Below, one piece after another: positions 28,517-42,092 of a stretch of DNA of 64,000 nucleotides; position 1 is the stretch's first letter, and each line of letters starts with the position of its first letter. The DNA is from the human T2T-CHM13v2.0 reference genome, Homo sapiens. The notes beneath the pieces are model-generated. The model saw only the letters and a list, made by a program, of their open reading frames with translations. It was not told where the DNA came from and ran no database searches. The translations under genes and the position numbers were made by a program. The DNA is taken from NCBI RefSeq assembly GCF_009914755.1, contig NC_060926.1; one strand, written 5' to 3'.

Positions 28517-29925
28517 TTTATTTTTGATGCTATTGTGATTGGAATTGTTTTCTTTATTTCATCTTTGTATTGTTTGTTGCTACTATATATATAACCGATT
28601 TTTGTATATTGATCATATACTCTACAAACTTACTAAGCCCCCTCTTAGTTCTAGTAAGTCTGGGAGGGGGTGTGGTATGTGGGTGTGTGTGTGGGTGTGT
28701 TCCTTAGGATTTTCTGCATACAAGGCTAACAATAAAAAGAGTTGTCTTTTTTCCATACCTTTTTTCCTTGACTATTGCACAAATTAAGTCCTGTGGTGCA
28801 TTGTTAAATAGAAGTGGTAAACACAGATATCTTTGCATGTTTCCTAATCTAGAGGGAAGCACATTCTTACCATTAAGTATGTTGGCTATAGGCTTCTGGT
28901 AGATGCCTTGATCATTTGAAGAAGTTCCCTTCTATTCATAAGTTGATGAGATTTTTTTAAATATATGAGTGTTGAATTCTGTCAAATGCTTTTCTGCATC
29001 TATTGAGATGATCATATGGTTTTGTCCTTTATTCTGTTAATATAGTTTATTACATTGATTTTTGGATGTTAAGTCAACCTCACATTCCTGAGATAAACTT
29101 CATTTGATTATGGTATAAAATCCTTTTCATGTTACTCAATTACATTTGCTAATATTTGGTTAAGAATTTTTATGTCTAGGTTCACAAGGGATATTGGTAT
29201 ATAGCTGTGTTTTCTTGTAATGTCTTTGTCTTGTTTTGATATCAGGGTAATATTGATATCAAATGAAGTAAAGTTAGTTGGGAAGTTTCCTTCATCCTCT
29301 ATTTGCTGAATAAAGTTTTTGTAACATTGGTATTATTTCCTCCCTTAATAGTTTGATAGAATTCACCAGTGAAGTATATTTTTTCTCTACAGGAAGATTT
29401 GAAATTACTGATGCAATTTCTTTACTTGATATTGGTATTTGTTTTTTTTCTTTTTCCTTGAGTCAGTTTTGGTAATTTGTGTCTTTCTAGGAATTGTTCT
29501 ATTTTATCGAAGTTGTCAAATTTTTTGCCTTAAAGTTATTATGCTATTTTCTTAACATCCTTTTAAGGGTAGGGTCTGTGTGATATTTCTCTTTGATTCT
29601 TGATCTTGGGAATTAGTGTCTTCTTTCTTTTTTCTTGGTCAATTTAACTAAATATTATTTATCTTCTTGACTTTCTGAAATAAGCAATTTTGGGTTTCTT
29701 TGGTTGTTTTTAATGTTATCCTGTTCTGTATTTATCGTTTTCCACTGTGACATTTTTATTTCATACATCCTACTTACTTTTGGCTTGGTTTACTCATCTT
29801 TTTCTAGAGTCTTAAGATGGAAGTTTTAATTATGAATTTTAGATTATTTTTTCTTTCTGTTTTAAAGCTATACATTTTCCTCTATACACTGCTTTAATTG
29901 CATCCTGTAAATATTGCTATGTTAT
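28517..29925 (-). mobile_element. Old L1M (continues from 25145-25910)
   Basis: 'gtcaaatgcttttctgcatctattgagatgatcatatgg' and other L1M ORF2 motifs. Confidence 0.75.
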
Positions 29926-29926
29926 T

Positions 29927-31840
29927 GGTTTTTTGTATTTTGTTTATAACATTTTATTTATAAAAATAGGCTGGGGGAAAAGGATTTATACCACTGCATT
30001 CTTTCCTGGGGGAGAACTATTTTGGGCCATTTTTGAAATTTTTTTTCCTCTTAACAATTTTCAGAGTCACATTTGAATTCCTTCAGAATGGTATTTGTCA
30101 ACAAAAAAGTTCAAGTGAAAAGGGGGAGGAAAACTGTGGAAGCATGAAGAAAGGGAGTGAGAGAAGGAGGAGTGGGCATACAACAGTCAACACATAAAGA
30201 AATGGCTTTTACTGAAATGACTCTGCCCTGTGCCTCATGCACTAGGTGATGCAAGCATGCTGCTCAGACATCAACACCAAATGTCATTTAGAAATGGTAG
30301 TCTTCTCTGGGTTCTGAAGGACACTTGTTCCCCAACATGACACTATTAAATGGTGCTTTCAAGGCAGACACTAAGACATTACTCCAAAGAGAAGGTTCTG
30401 GTGGCAGATGCTGGGACCATATTCTTTATAGTCCTTCTTGGTGTGACAGACCTGAAATAACTCCAGAGTTGAGGCTAGCATTAAGCTTCCAAACCATAAG
30501 GCATAGTGCTGCATGTGATGGATTACCACCCGAACCTCTGTAAGCTTAGGTTTGATTCTCCTGCCACTGAGCTCCTTACTGAGTTTTAATCTGGCATGTA
30601 CCACTCTTCAAATCTCTCTGTAGTTGAGATTCAAATACCTGAATATGGTCAAACCCCTTGAAAGAACAACATTCTTATACAGTGGACAATGCACATCAGT
30701 GGGACAGTTTTGTATTCATCAACAACATTCAAGATGGATTCCATAAAGTCTGGGTTGGCAAACTCTGGGTAAAAAAATATTTCAGGTTGCAGGAACCTTT
30801 TGTAACCAACGTTTATTATGAACTTCTCCTGGTTGATCACATTGATACCTGTGTACTGTTTCATCCACTTCCAGGGATCCACATCATACTTAGCAAATTC
30901 TTTGACTATATCAGGGCAAATGTAACAGTATTTCTCCTTAATGACTTTTGTGGTCTCCAGTGACTGCTCAAGAGGGATTCCTACCTCCCTCTCCCTTAGC
31001 AGTTGTTGAATGAAATACACAGTATCACCTACAATCAGGATGTGATTGATGCAGCTCCCAATTACATAACCTTCTACAACTGGGAGAACAAGGGTGACTC
31101 CATCTCCTTTGTCAATGACTATACTCATTAACATATATTCACCCACTTGTTGAGATGTCCAAGATACTTCCAAGGCTAGTACCTCCTGAACTGCAATGTA
31201 GAATCCTGGTACATTAAATAATTCAAACATAATTTCTGCAAAAATGTTCTGTATTTTCTAGTGTATTCAGTGGAAGTTCTGTCATTAAAAAATAATGGTC
31301 CTCAGATTCTGCTCAAAGATATTTAAAAACCACTTGCTCCATGAACCTTTCCATAATATCCCAGTCTTCAGTGATTCCATGTCATATTGACCACTTTGTA
31401 GCATACATAGATTTATCAATGGCTTCATCCTGTATGAAAAAGTCAAGCTCATCAACTCCCCTCAACATTCTCCCTTGGGCTTTGTCAACTACCTTTGCTG
31501 ACTCTCTGATAGAAATGCATGAAAGAATAGTAAACTATGGCTCAGTGTTGCCTGCACAGCCAAGCTCGGAATATCTGCTGAGGTGATCACAGGGCTGAGA
31601 CCCAGAGCAGTGGGTGCAGCTCAATCTCCAGGTATGGGCTGGATGTCAGGGGCTGAGAGCAAGGCAATGGAGGAGCCAGGGCGGGCACTGAGTGGCCCTT
31701 ACCTGATGCCACAGTCTGCCACACAGGAAGGCAGGAACCCCGCCATGCTTGGAATACACAACACTTAGCCCTACTGGCCACCGTGGAGCACCCTGCCACC
31801 ATCCACTTGGCAACCCACTCACCCCATACACCCTGTCTCC
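29927..31840 (-). pseudogene. ACTR3B: ACTR3B (Arp3-beta) processed pseudogene
   Basis: ATG at 31746 (MAGFLPSCVADCGI), intronless Arp3 peptides (MFELFNVPG...[12 protein letters not shown]; [14 protein letters not shown]; FGVMS* with stop at 30371). 3'UTR with AATAAA at 29953-29958 and tail remnant. Nonsense codons and frameshifts present. Confidence 0.93.
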
Positions 31841-31876
31841 TGTGTGTTTCCACTTTTATTCATTTTAAGATATATT

Positions 31877-31980
31877 GTAGATGGGTGCAGCAAACCACAT
31901 GGCACGTGTATACCTATGTAACAAACTTGCACGTTCTGCATATGTAACCCAGAACTTAAAGTACAATAAATTTTAAAAAA
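31877..31980 (+). mobile_element. Short L1PA 3'-end
   Basis: 'gggtgcagcaaaccacatggcacgtgtatacctatgtaacaaac...agaacttaaagta'. Confidence 0.8.
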
Positions 31981-32671
31981 GGAATATTTTAAAGGATCAA
32001 CCTACTATTTGACAGTCATGGAAATAGTGAATGGGAATTAAAGGGAAAAAAATAAGTAAGCAAAGGAAGGGAGGAGGAAAGGGAAAAAGAAAGGAAAGAA
32101 AAGGAAAAGGGAAATACAAGAAAAGGAGACAAATAAATAAATAAATAAACAAATAAGTGACTGAAAGTCTGAGAGTTGGCAAATACTATTCAGACAACAC
32201 TGACAAAATAGGCCTCTTGCTAAAAATAGCAGAATGCACAAAGTACAGGAGCAGCCTGTCTGTCCTGAGAGGCTGAGGAGGTTTAGGAAAAGAGGCTGGG
32301 GAGATTTGAGACAGGTCTGACATATGTAGTCAGTTTTTGCTTGGTGGAAAAAGTAATCACGGGTGATTCAGAAAAAGGAAGATACTTACATAATAATTGT
32401 TTTGTACCTTTTTTTAGTATTCTATTACTTTCATAAAATTATCTTTGCATCAAAAGTTATTAACACTTTCAGGACTCCTTGTATGCAAAATTCTTTGAAT
32501 TGCATTTCTTAATTTGTGATTGCACTGTTAATTTATCTAGCACAATGAACTGAATGTGTGTCTTTATGTTTAAAGGGAAAAATAAAATTCAAAACAGCAT
32601 ATTTGATATAATTTATGATTAGATAATAGAGAAATATCAATTTTAATATAATTTTTAGAAAGTAAAGCTTA

Positions 32672-33025
32672 GGCCAGTCACGATGGCTCATGCCTGTAAT
32701 CCCAGCACTTTGGGAGGCTGAGGCGGGTGTATCACCTGAGGTCAGGAGTTCAAGACCAGCCTGACCAACATGGAGAAACCCTGTCTCTACTAAAAATACC
32801 AAATTAGCCGGCACTAATGATTCATGAGAAATCTGCCCCCATGATCCATTCACCTCCCAGCAGGACCTATCTCCAACTTTGGGGATTACAATTCAACATG
32901 AGATTTGGGCAGGGACACATATCCAAACTATATCAACAGAGTTTCATTGTGTTGCTCGGGCTAGTCTCAAACTCCTAGCCTCAAGCAATACTTCTGTCTC
33001 AGCCTCCCAAGTACCTTTGGGGATT
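32672..33025. mobile_element. Composite: Alu left arm (+), MST LTR end, Alu monomer (-)
   Basis: Alu to 'aaattagccgg'; 'attacaattcaacatgagatttggg...ccaaactatatca'; then FLAM-like piece. Confidence 0.65.
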
Positions 33026-33269
33026 ATAATAATCAATCATCTTCACTTTTTACAATCTACTTTGGTTTAATAAGTTTTACTTAATTCCAGTGTTATATAG
33101 CAACTTTGATCCAATGTATCTCTTATATGCTATGAGCTCAGCAGTATTGTTATAGTTATTGCCTATAATAATCAGATGATTTTTTAAAAAAAGAGATGAA
33201 ATCAGAATACACACACACACACATACACACATACAATCTTTTGTACTTACAAATTTATTTACCATTTCC

Positions 33270-34650
33270 CATGCCGTTTATTACTTATAGGTTCAAGTTG
33301 CCATCTGGTGTCATATCCTTTTATCTTAAAAGCATTTTCTTTAGTGTTTCTTTAGCAAGGTTAAGTTCTTTTTATTTTTATTTATCTGGAAATGTCTTTA
33401 TTTCAGCTCCATTTTTGAAGGATCGTTTAACTGGATACAGAATTCTTAATTGACAGTTATTTTTCCCTCCACTTTTGAAATGTCGCTTCATAAGGCCTCC
33501 ATTTTTTTCAGATAAAAATGCCAGTATTGATAACATTATTGTTCCCCTGTATGTGATAAGTCATCTCTTGCTACTTTCATGATTTTCTTATTATCCTTGG
33601 TTTTCACCAATTTGACAAGGATGGCTCTAGGTGTGAATCTCTTTGTGTTTATCCTACTTGAGATTTGTTGGACTTCTTATATCTGAAGATTAATGTTTTT
33701 CATAGCATTTTTGAAGTTTTCAGACATTATGTTTTCAAATATTTTTCTGCCCTCTTATCTCTCTCTTCTCCTGGAATTCCAGTTATGCATATGTTAGTGC
33801 TCTTGATGGTATCCCATAAGTTTCTGAGGATCTGTTTATTATCCTTCATTCTTTTTTCTTTTTGTTCTTCAGATTGATTAACCTCTATTGGTCTACCTTC
33901 AAGTTCACTGATAATTTCTTTTACAAGGTCAAATATGCAATTGAACCTCGCTAGTGATTTTTTCACTTTAACTCTTGTACTTTTCAATTCTAGATTCTAT
34001 TTTTAAATGTATTCTGTCTCCTTATTCATATCCTCTATTAGACAGCACATTATCATATTTTTAATTTGAACATATTTATAATATATACTTTGAAAACTTT
34101 CTTTCTAAATCCAATATCTGAATTGAGACAGTTTCTATTCACTGCTTTTTTTTCAGAGTATGAGCCATATTTTCCTGTTTCCTTACATGTCTGATAATTT
34201 TTAATTGAAAACTAAACACTTTAATTACACATGATAGCAAATCTGGATTTGGTTTTTATTTGTTATTGTCTTTGTTGTTGTTATGTTTTGGTAATTGGCC
34301 TATACTTGTGCTGTGTAATCCTTCTACCCAGTGGTTTCCAGCATTGATGTCTTTTATATTGTGTTGTTGTTGTTGTTGTTGTTTTAGCCTGTCTTTCTAG
34401 GGATTTCCTTTGTGTCTGTTGCATAGCTTGATTTTGGAGAGACATTACATTAAAGCTAGTAAGGCTTCCACTCTCTGCCAAATAATCTGTGGGTGGGTGG
34501 GTGAATGCATTCAAAGTTGCAATTAATACTCAAGTCTTACTTCATTTTTACTTTTTGTCATACTCTCTTGAGTCTTTCTTGCACTTCCATACTTTTCCAA
34601 TTGGCCATATGTGTGGAGAACTTTTCTCAAACTTTCTATGATTCTCTCCT
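33270..34650 (-). mobile_element. Old L1M ORF1/5' region
   Basis: ORF 33727-33987 resembles ORF1 (ISELEGRPIE...LRNLWDTIKSTNICITGIPGEE). Confidence 0.7.
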
Positions 34651-34689
34651 TTCCAGGATTTCTCTCTCTCTCTCTCTCTTTTTTTTTAG

Positions 34690-35075
34690 TAATACTCAGG
34701 TTTTTAATTTATTATAGTGAATGGATACAAAGCAAAATTAGCAAAGGGAAAAAGTTGTATGTGGTAAAGTCTGGAGGATACCAGGCACAAGCTTCCTGGA
34801 ATCATCTCTTGTGGAGTTACAAGGATGTGTTTCTCTTTCCCAGCATGAAATTTTGACAGCACATGTGCAATGTCGTCTACCAGGACCAGAGTCTCATTAG
34901 AGACTCAGTACTCAGGATTTTATGGAGGTTGCTCTCCTTCACATGTACCAGAATTCCAGACTCCCAGAGGAAAAGCAGCTGTTCAGAGTAAACCACATTG
35001 TTTGTATGAACTGTTTAGGCACAGTGAGCCACTCTTCTCAGTGAGAGAATTGGAACTTGGAACTGGAAAACTCTA
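34690..35075. mobile_element. MER21-like LTR
   Basis: 'ggatacaaagcaaaattagcaaaggg...aagtctggagg..accaggcacaagcttcc'. Confidence 0.6.
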
Positions 35076-35089
35076 GCCTTGCATGTGTG

Positions 35090-35345
35090 TCTTTCTTTTC
35101 TTTTCTTTTCTTTCTTTCTTTCTTTTCTTTTCTTTCTTTCTTTCTTTCTTTCTTTCTTTTTCTTTCTCTCTCTCTTTTTCTTTCTTTCTTCCTCTTTCCT
35201 TCTTTCTTTGTTTCTTTCTCTCTTTCTTTCTTTCTCTTTCTTTCTTTTTTAATTTTACTTTGAGTTCCAGGATACATGTGCAGAACATTCAGGTTTGTTA
35301 CACAGGTATACATGTGCCATGGTGGTTTGCTGCACCTATTGACCC
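35090..35345 (-). repeat. (TTTC)n microsatellite forming the tail of a short L1PA 3'-end (35250-35345)
   Basis: About 160 bp of TTTC/TC followed by 'tttactttgagttccaggatacatgtgcagaac'. Confidence 0.85.
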
Positions 35346-35619
35346 TCAGGATCTCTCATTTAAATTTTTCTCTTGTCTTCCACTTCCCCAATTGAAACTG
35401 CAACCTCAGACTATCAAATCTGCAATTCTCTCTGTTCATTCCCAAACCACTCTGCTATATTTAACTGGCAAAACCATTGATTTCTTCCCTCTACTCCATA
35501 CCAAATCCACCCGTACCCCCAGCCCTAACAGGAAAGCTGCTGGGTTTTACATCCAGCTTCAAACTTGTAAAACTACAGTTTTTCCCAACTGAGCTTGGGG
35601 GTGAGAAGAGAGATGGGAG

Positions 35620-35973
35620 TGTATTAGTCCGTTTTCATTCTGCTGATAAAGACATACCCAAGACTGGGAAGAAAAAGAGGTTTAATTGGACTTATAGTTC
35701 CAGGTGGCTGAGGAGACCTCAGAATCATGGCGGGAGGTGAAAGGCACTTCTTACATGGTGGCGGCAAGAGAAAATGAGGAAGATGCAAAAGCGGAAACCC
35801 CTGATAAAGCCATCGATCTTGTGAGACTTATCCACTACCACGAGAACAGTATGGGGGGGAGCCACCCCCATAATTCAATTATCTCCCACCAGGTCCCTCC
35901 CACAACACATAGGAATTATGGGAGTGCAATTCAAGATGAGATTTGCATGGGGACACAAAGCCAAACCATATCA
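35620..35973 (-). mobile_element. THE1 solo LTR
   Basis: 'tgtattagtccgttttca...ccaaaccatatca'; approximate TSD gggag/ggtag. Confidence 0.9.
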
Positions 35974-37480
35974 GGTAGCAACCCCAGTCAGGAAGGGCTC
36001 ATATTTTACCAATCCTACCCAAAACCCTAACACTTTTTTCAAGAATAAATGCTTCTTAAATTTGATAACTGCCTTTGATGAGTTTTCAGGGTCCTGAAAT
36101 GATTGTTTTTGGTACTTCTCCAATTTCTGGGGGGAGTTTTGGTGTAGAAATAAATTGCCAACCTTTTCATGTCTCCTCCCAACCTTATCTTTATATCCTC
36201 TGATTAACAATTTTCATTAGTAATGTGTTACACAACAAATACTTGTTTAGACTAACCTACCTTTTACCAATTTCTTTTCACATTGTTCTGTCTTTTTTGA
36301 TTCTATGTCATATTTCTAAAGCATATCTTTCAGTAGATTTTTCCCTGGTAAAAAATGGCATATGTTCTTAAATGTGTTTGTTTGACAGTATCTTTCATTT
36401 GTCTTTTTTTCGAGTGACAGTTAACTGGCTACAGAATTCAACATTGAATGTTTTATTTATCTCTGTACTTTGAAGACTTTATTTAATTATCCTCCATCTT
36501 CTATTGTTGCTGATAAGAATTGAGAATCTGCTCTATTTTTTATTCAATTATGATTAATCTCTCTTTCTCTGTCTAGATTATTTAAGATTTTATTTTTGCC
36601 TTTGGTAGTCTATAGTTTCTCAACATTTTATCTAAGTATCTATTTTTACTTAATCCTGATTAGAACTCATTTGACTTCCTGTGTCCAAATCAATAAAAAC
36701 CCTAATCAATTCTGTAAAATTTGAAGCCAGTTTTCTTCTCAAATATTATGTCTTCTTCATTCTTTCAATTATGTTTCTGAAACTACCATTAGTTGTGTTT
36801 TAGGTCTTTTCCATAATCTAAATCTCATTTTCCACCTCTTTTTTTTTGTGTGTGTGCTATGCTCTTAAATAATTTCCTCATATCTACTACTTTGCTGTGT
36901 TCTCTCTTCAGCTTTGTCTAGATTGCTATTTGGGTACTTAGTGGGTTTTTTTTCAGTTGAGTAAATTTTAAAGTTTTTTCTAGATGTTCTATTTAATTAT
37001 TTTACAATACTTTCAAGTAATTTCTTCTTCTCATGTCTCCAATTTTTAAAAATTGTCTCTAGTCCCTTTGAAAATAAATATTTTATAGTGTCTATCTAGT
37101 GGTTCTATTAGCTGAGGTTTTTAGACATCTAATCCCATTCTTCGTTGTATCTGTTAACTTTTGCTCATGGGATATTTCTTCTTATTTTAAGTTCAGATTC
37201 ACTTGGCTTTACCTTTGAGACTTTATGCAGTCTGGGATCAGGAGTGTCTATTAGAGATTTTTTGAATTAGCATCTACTAAGTGTTCTAGGGATACTTCTA
37301 TGCAGGGACAATTTTATGGTAGGTTTAGAACTTTGGGATCCCTAACCTGTGCATGTAATGTAATTTGAGCCCTACACATAAGTTGGATGAGGCCAGTTGT
37401 ACATATGAATTCTCAAAAAAGACTATGCCACACAGAGACCAGCTAAGACAAACTGCCTTGTCTTCTCAATTTGTCAATAG

Positions 37481-37845
<365 letters not shown>

Positions 37846-38553
37846 TAGTAAGAGTTTAGCCCTCCAAGGCTTCCAGTTTTGCAGGATGACAATAATCAGA
37901 GGGGAGGAGGAAAGAAACTTTGTTCTAACTTTCTGCCTGGAGTAAGTCAAAATCCTCCTCTTCTACCCTGGCAAATTCTATACAGTCAGAAAGGGGTCAT
38001 AGCTAAAAAATTCATGTAAGCTGTTTTAAGAATATTAAAAGCATTAGCAATTATAATTCATAGCAAATAAAGGTAGCCATTTAATTAGCAAATGGAAATT
38101 TACCATGTTATTGTCTGTTCTTTACAGAAACCTATGGATTCCTCAGTGAGTATCACCTAGTTGCCAGAAACAAGATGTCTAGTAACTTATACCTACTCAT
38201 CTTAATCTCTCTCTACTTCCTACACATAATCTAAGATACTTTATATTTATTCCCACAAAATCTAGGTTCATTTCTTCCTGCCATTACCTCCTATAATACA
38301 TTTATGCCAAATATCAGTTGAATTAGCCTTTCAATAAAAAGATTTAGCAGGTTCCTTTTAAAAGATTTGGCACCTTGACACTGTGATCTTCAATAAGGTT
38401 GTGAATTCTTATCACAGCCAATCATCCTCTTATTTTCCATCCTGATAAAAAAGCTATCTTAAAATATAAAATGAAGTAAATCTCATCATATTGCCATGAT
38501 GTTTTTAACTATCATATATTATAAGTTAGCATTTTCAAGATTTCACATATAGG

Positions 38554-39095
38554 TTTTTTTTTATTTTTTATTTTTTTATTGAGACTGAGTCTCACTCTGT
38601 CACCCAGGCTGGAGTGCAGTGGCACAATCTCGGCTCACTGCAACCCTCTCTCCTTTTGAACTCCTCAGTGTCTATTATTTCCATCTTTATGTCCATATGT
38701 ACCCATTGTTTAGCTCCCACATATAAGTGAGAACATGTGGTATTTGAGTTTTCTGTTTCTGAGTTATTTCACTTAGGATAATGGTGTTCAGCTCTATCCA
38801 TGTTGCTACAAAGAACATGATGCTATTCTTTTTTATGACTACATAGTATTCCATGGTGTATATGTGCCACATTTTCTTTATTTAGTCATTTAAGTTGATT
38901 CCATGTCTTTTTATTGTGAATAGTGCCACAATGAACATATGTGTGTGTATGTCTTTATGAATGATTCACATGTTGAACCATCCTTGTATTTCTGGAGTAA
39001 AACCCACTTAACTATAATATCTTTTTGATGTACTATAGAATTCATTTTGCTAGTTGAGAATTTTTGCATCTATGTTCATCAGGGATATTGACCAG

Positions 39096-39142
<47 letters not shown>

Positions 39143-39235
39143 GCTTTGCCTGATTTGGGTATAATTGTGATACTAGATTCATAGAATGTGTTAGGGAGGG
39201 AGTCCCTCCTTGATTTTTTTGGATTAAGTTTCAGT
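38554..39235 (-). mobile_element. Alu fragment (38554-38645) fused to L1MA-like pieces containing (TG)n at about 39098-39138
   Basis: Alu ends at 'ctgcaacc'; L1 3'UTR 'gagttatttcacttaggataatgg'; jump to an ORF2 piece near 38960. Confidence 0.7.
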
Positions 39236-39811
39236 CACCTTTGACCCTGAACTAGTATCCTAGTGGATTGTACAATGACCCTGAACTAGTGGATTGTACA
39301 ATGAATAAATGAGTGAATATAAATTATTGTAAAATAAAATTTTGTTAAGTATATGACAACCATACAAATGCAAGACAATAAACAATGTGATATGAAAACT
39401 CTCAGCCAGCCTACCATATTTGTGTTTGTTTTTGAACTGCATAGTGGGAGGAGGTGCTCCTTACAATTTTCACTTTGTAAACATTTATTCTTTGATTTTT
39501 AACCATCACTGCTATAACCACCATCACTAGTGGATTCACCAAAAATTAAGTAAAGAATTATCTTATTTGTTTTTATAAAACTTTGTAAAATGTATGTAGA
39601 GCTCACATTTATTTCATTGTTTAATACTAGAAGTGTTTTGGATCTTTATTTAGAAGCTTGGTGATGTTTTGTGACCAGAAATATGATGTAGGAAATTGAC
39701 TCTTGTTTATATCATTTAGCCTATGGTAAAATTGGTTTTGTTATATACCATTTTACTCAAAGTTGCCATTTCCAATCACCTATTGACGACGTTAAGTGAG
39801 AACTTACTGTA
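39236..39811. mobile_element. Tigger-family DNA transposon (MER6-like), one end
   Basis: Terminal 'cctattgacgacgttaagtgagaacttactg' followed by TA. Confidence 0.7.
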
Positions 39812-39825
39812 TTCAAATATATCTA

Positions 39826-40105
<280 letters not shown>

Positions 40106-40703
40106 ATAAATATATATTCGGTACACTGTCAGTAGAGATAATCTCTACATCTTATCTCTACTGTTCCTTCTGTATCCACAGTTTTCTTGCAGCACCTTCT
40201 AAGTATTTATTGAATCATTTTACTCCTCTCCAAACTTTCTCTTTTGCTCTAGCTTAGGCTATTTGTTTCCAACTTTTGCGTGGACTGTGGCAGAGCCTTC
40301 AATTTGGTCTCTGTCTCCAGTTTTATCCCTAACTAATTCACCAAGGCCGTCATATAAAAATCACAAGACTCATTATGTTACTTCCTGCCTAAAACCTTCC
40401 CATGGTGCCTTACTTTGCCAAAGTGGGGGGAGACCTTTCTATGATCTGGCCCACCAAGCTCATTTTTCTCCCTCCTTTCCTTGCCCTGTATGTTCCAGCA
40501 ACACTAAATTACTTGTTGAACCCCATTTAGGTGTATTGTTTCTTATCGCCATTCCTTTATTCATGCTGCCTTCTCTACTTGCTTGTAACCTGCCCTTTAC
40601 CAAAATAATGAGAGACATAGTGCATTAGAAAATAAAGTAAACATTTCTGTTTTCTTTCTCAGAAAAATGAACTGTCATGTATGTTTATTTTCTTTCTTTT
40701 AAG

Positions 40704-40846
40704 GGATGTTACTGGCTGGTTTTACAATTAGGAATGTTCCATTCATCAATGAACATGTCCATGTTCCTAACGCATGGTCTTCAATTTTAAGAAGCATTGC
40801 CCTTAACATTATTCTAATACGAGCTGGGCTTGGACTCGATCCACAG
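40704..40846 (+). pseudogene. SLC9B1: SLC9B1 exon copy A
   Basis: ttttaag|GG ATG..; MLLAGFTIRNVPFINEHVHVPNAWSSILRSIALNIILIRAGLGLDPQ|gtagat. Confidence 0.92.
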
Positions 40847-40977
40847 GTAGATTTACAATTACAAATCGAGTAAGGTTATTTCAAATATTAGAGGATGGTG
40901 AGAAAGAAAAAGAAGCAAAAATTTTATTTACCTGTTCCAAGTGGAGTCTGTAAACAAACCTAAGATAAAGAAAAAAA

Positions 40978-41266
<289 letters not shown>

Positions 41267-41964
41267 TTATGACGTTTTCTCTACAGGATTATGTTCCTGA
41301 TTATCTTTGCATTATTGTAAAATCTAATCTTTTAAAGCATTTCTTAAAATATTACATTCTAGGGATCATAAATTCCATCTATAAGAAGATGACTATTCAT
41401 GAATATGACAGCCACTCAAATATATGTGGCAAATGTGGTTTAATAGAAATAGCTCGAGCACAAATAATTATAGCCAATGAGATTATATTCTCCAGTAGAA
41501 AGTATGAACCAAGGAGAAAATTGAAAAGTTCTCCCTTTTAAAATGAATTATGCAGTTTTTAAGTTATTTTCTTTGGCATGTTAGTATTGTATTTATACTT
41601 ATTAAGTTAATCAAACAGTTCATATCAAAAAGTTAATGGGAAAACACTAATAGGACACTATTATTATACTATGTATTAGGAAAGTTCAGGAAGGTAGCAT
41701 TAACTATTTAATCACAGTAAAATTGATCTTTTAATAATTAAAATATACAATAATATTTTATAAAAGATGAAATTGTTTATAATCCAACCTATGATGACAT
41801 ATAAAATATAATAGAGTTCAAAGTCCAGTGGGACAATCTGTTGAAATGAGATTTTGTTTAGTGAAAGCTTCTTATGAAAAAAGACTTTATAGACCAACAT
41901 TTGTTAAAATAATTTTCTTTTTGGCCATTGTAAATGTATCAAATGTGACTGTTTTGTGTTTCAG

Positions 41965-42092
41965 GCTTTGAGGCATTTGAAGGTGGTTTGTTTCAGATTG
42001 GCTATAGGTCCATGCCTTATGGAGGCAAGTGCAGCTGCTGTTTTATCCCACTTCATTATGAAATTTTCCTGGCAATGGGCAATTCTATTAGG
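41965..42092 (+). pseudogene. SLC9B1: SLC9B1 exon copy B
   Basis: tttcag|ALRHLKVVCFRLAIGPCLMEASAAAVLSHFIMKFSWQWAILLG|gtaatt. Confidence 0.92.

Noticed and set aside
30649-31230. 193-aa Arp3 ORF as a functional gene
   Set aside because: Flanked by frameshifts and an upstream nonsense codon, with many non-conservative substitutions; part of a retrocopy.
35038-35592. K/E/R-rich and F/S-rich ORFs
   Set aside because: Translations of the (TTTC)n microsatellite.
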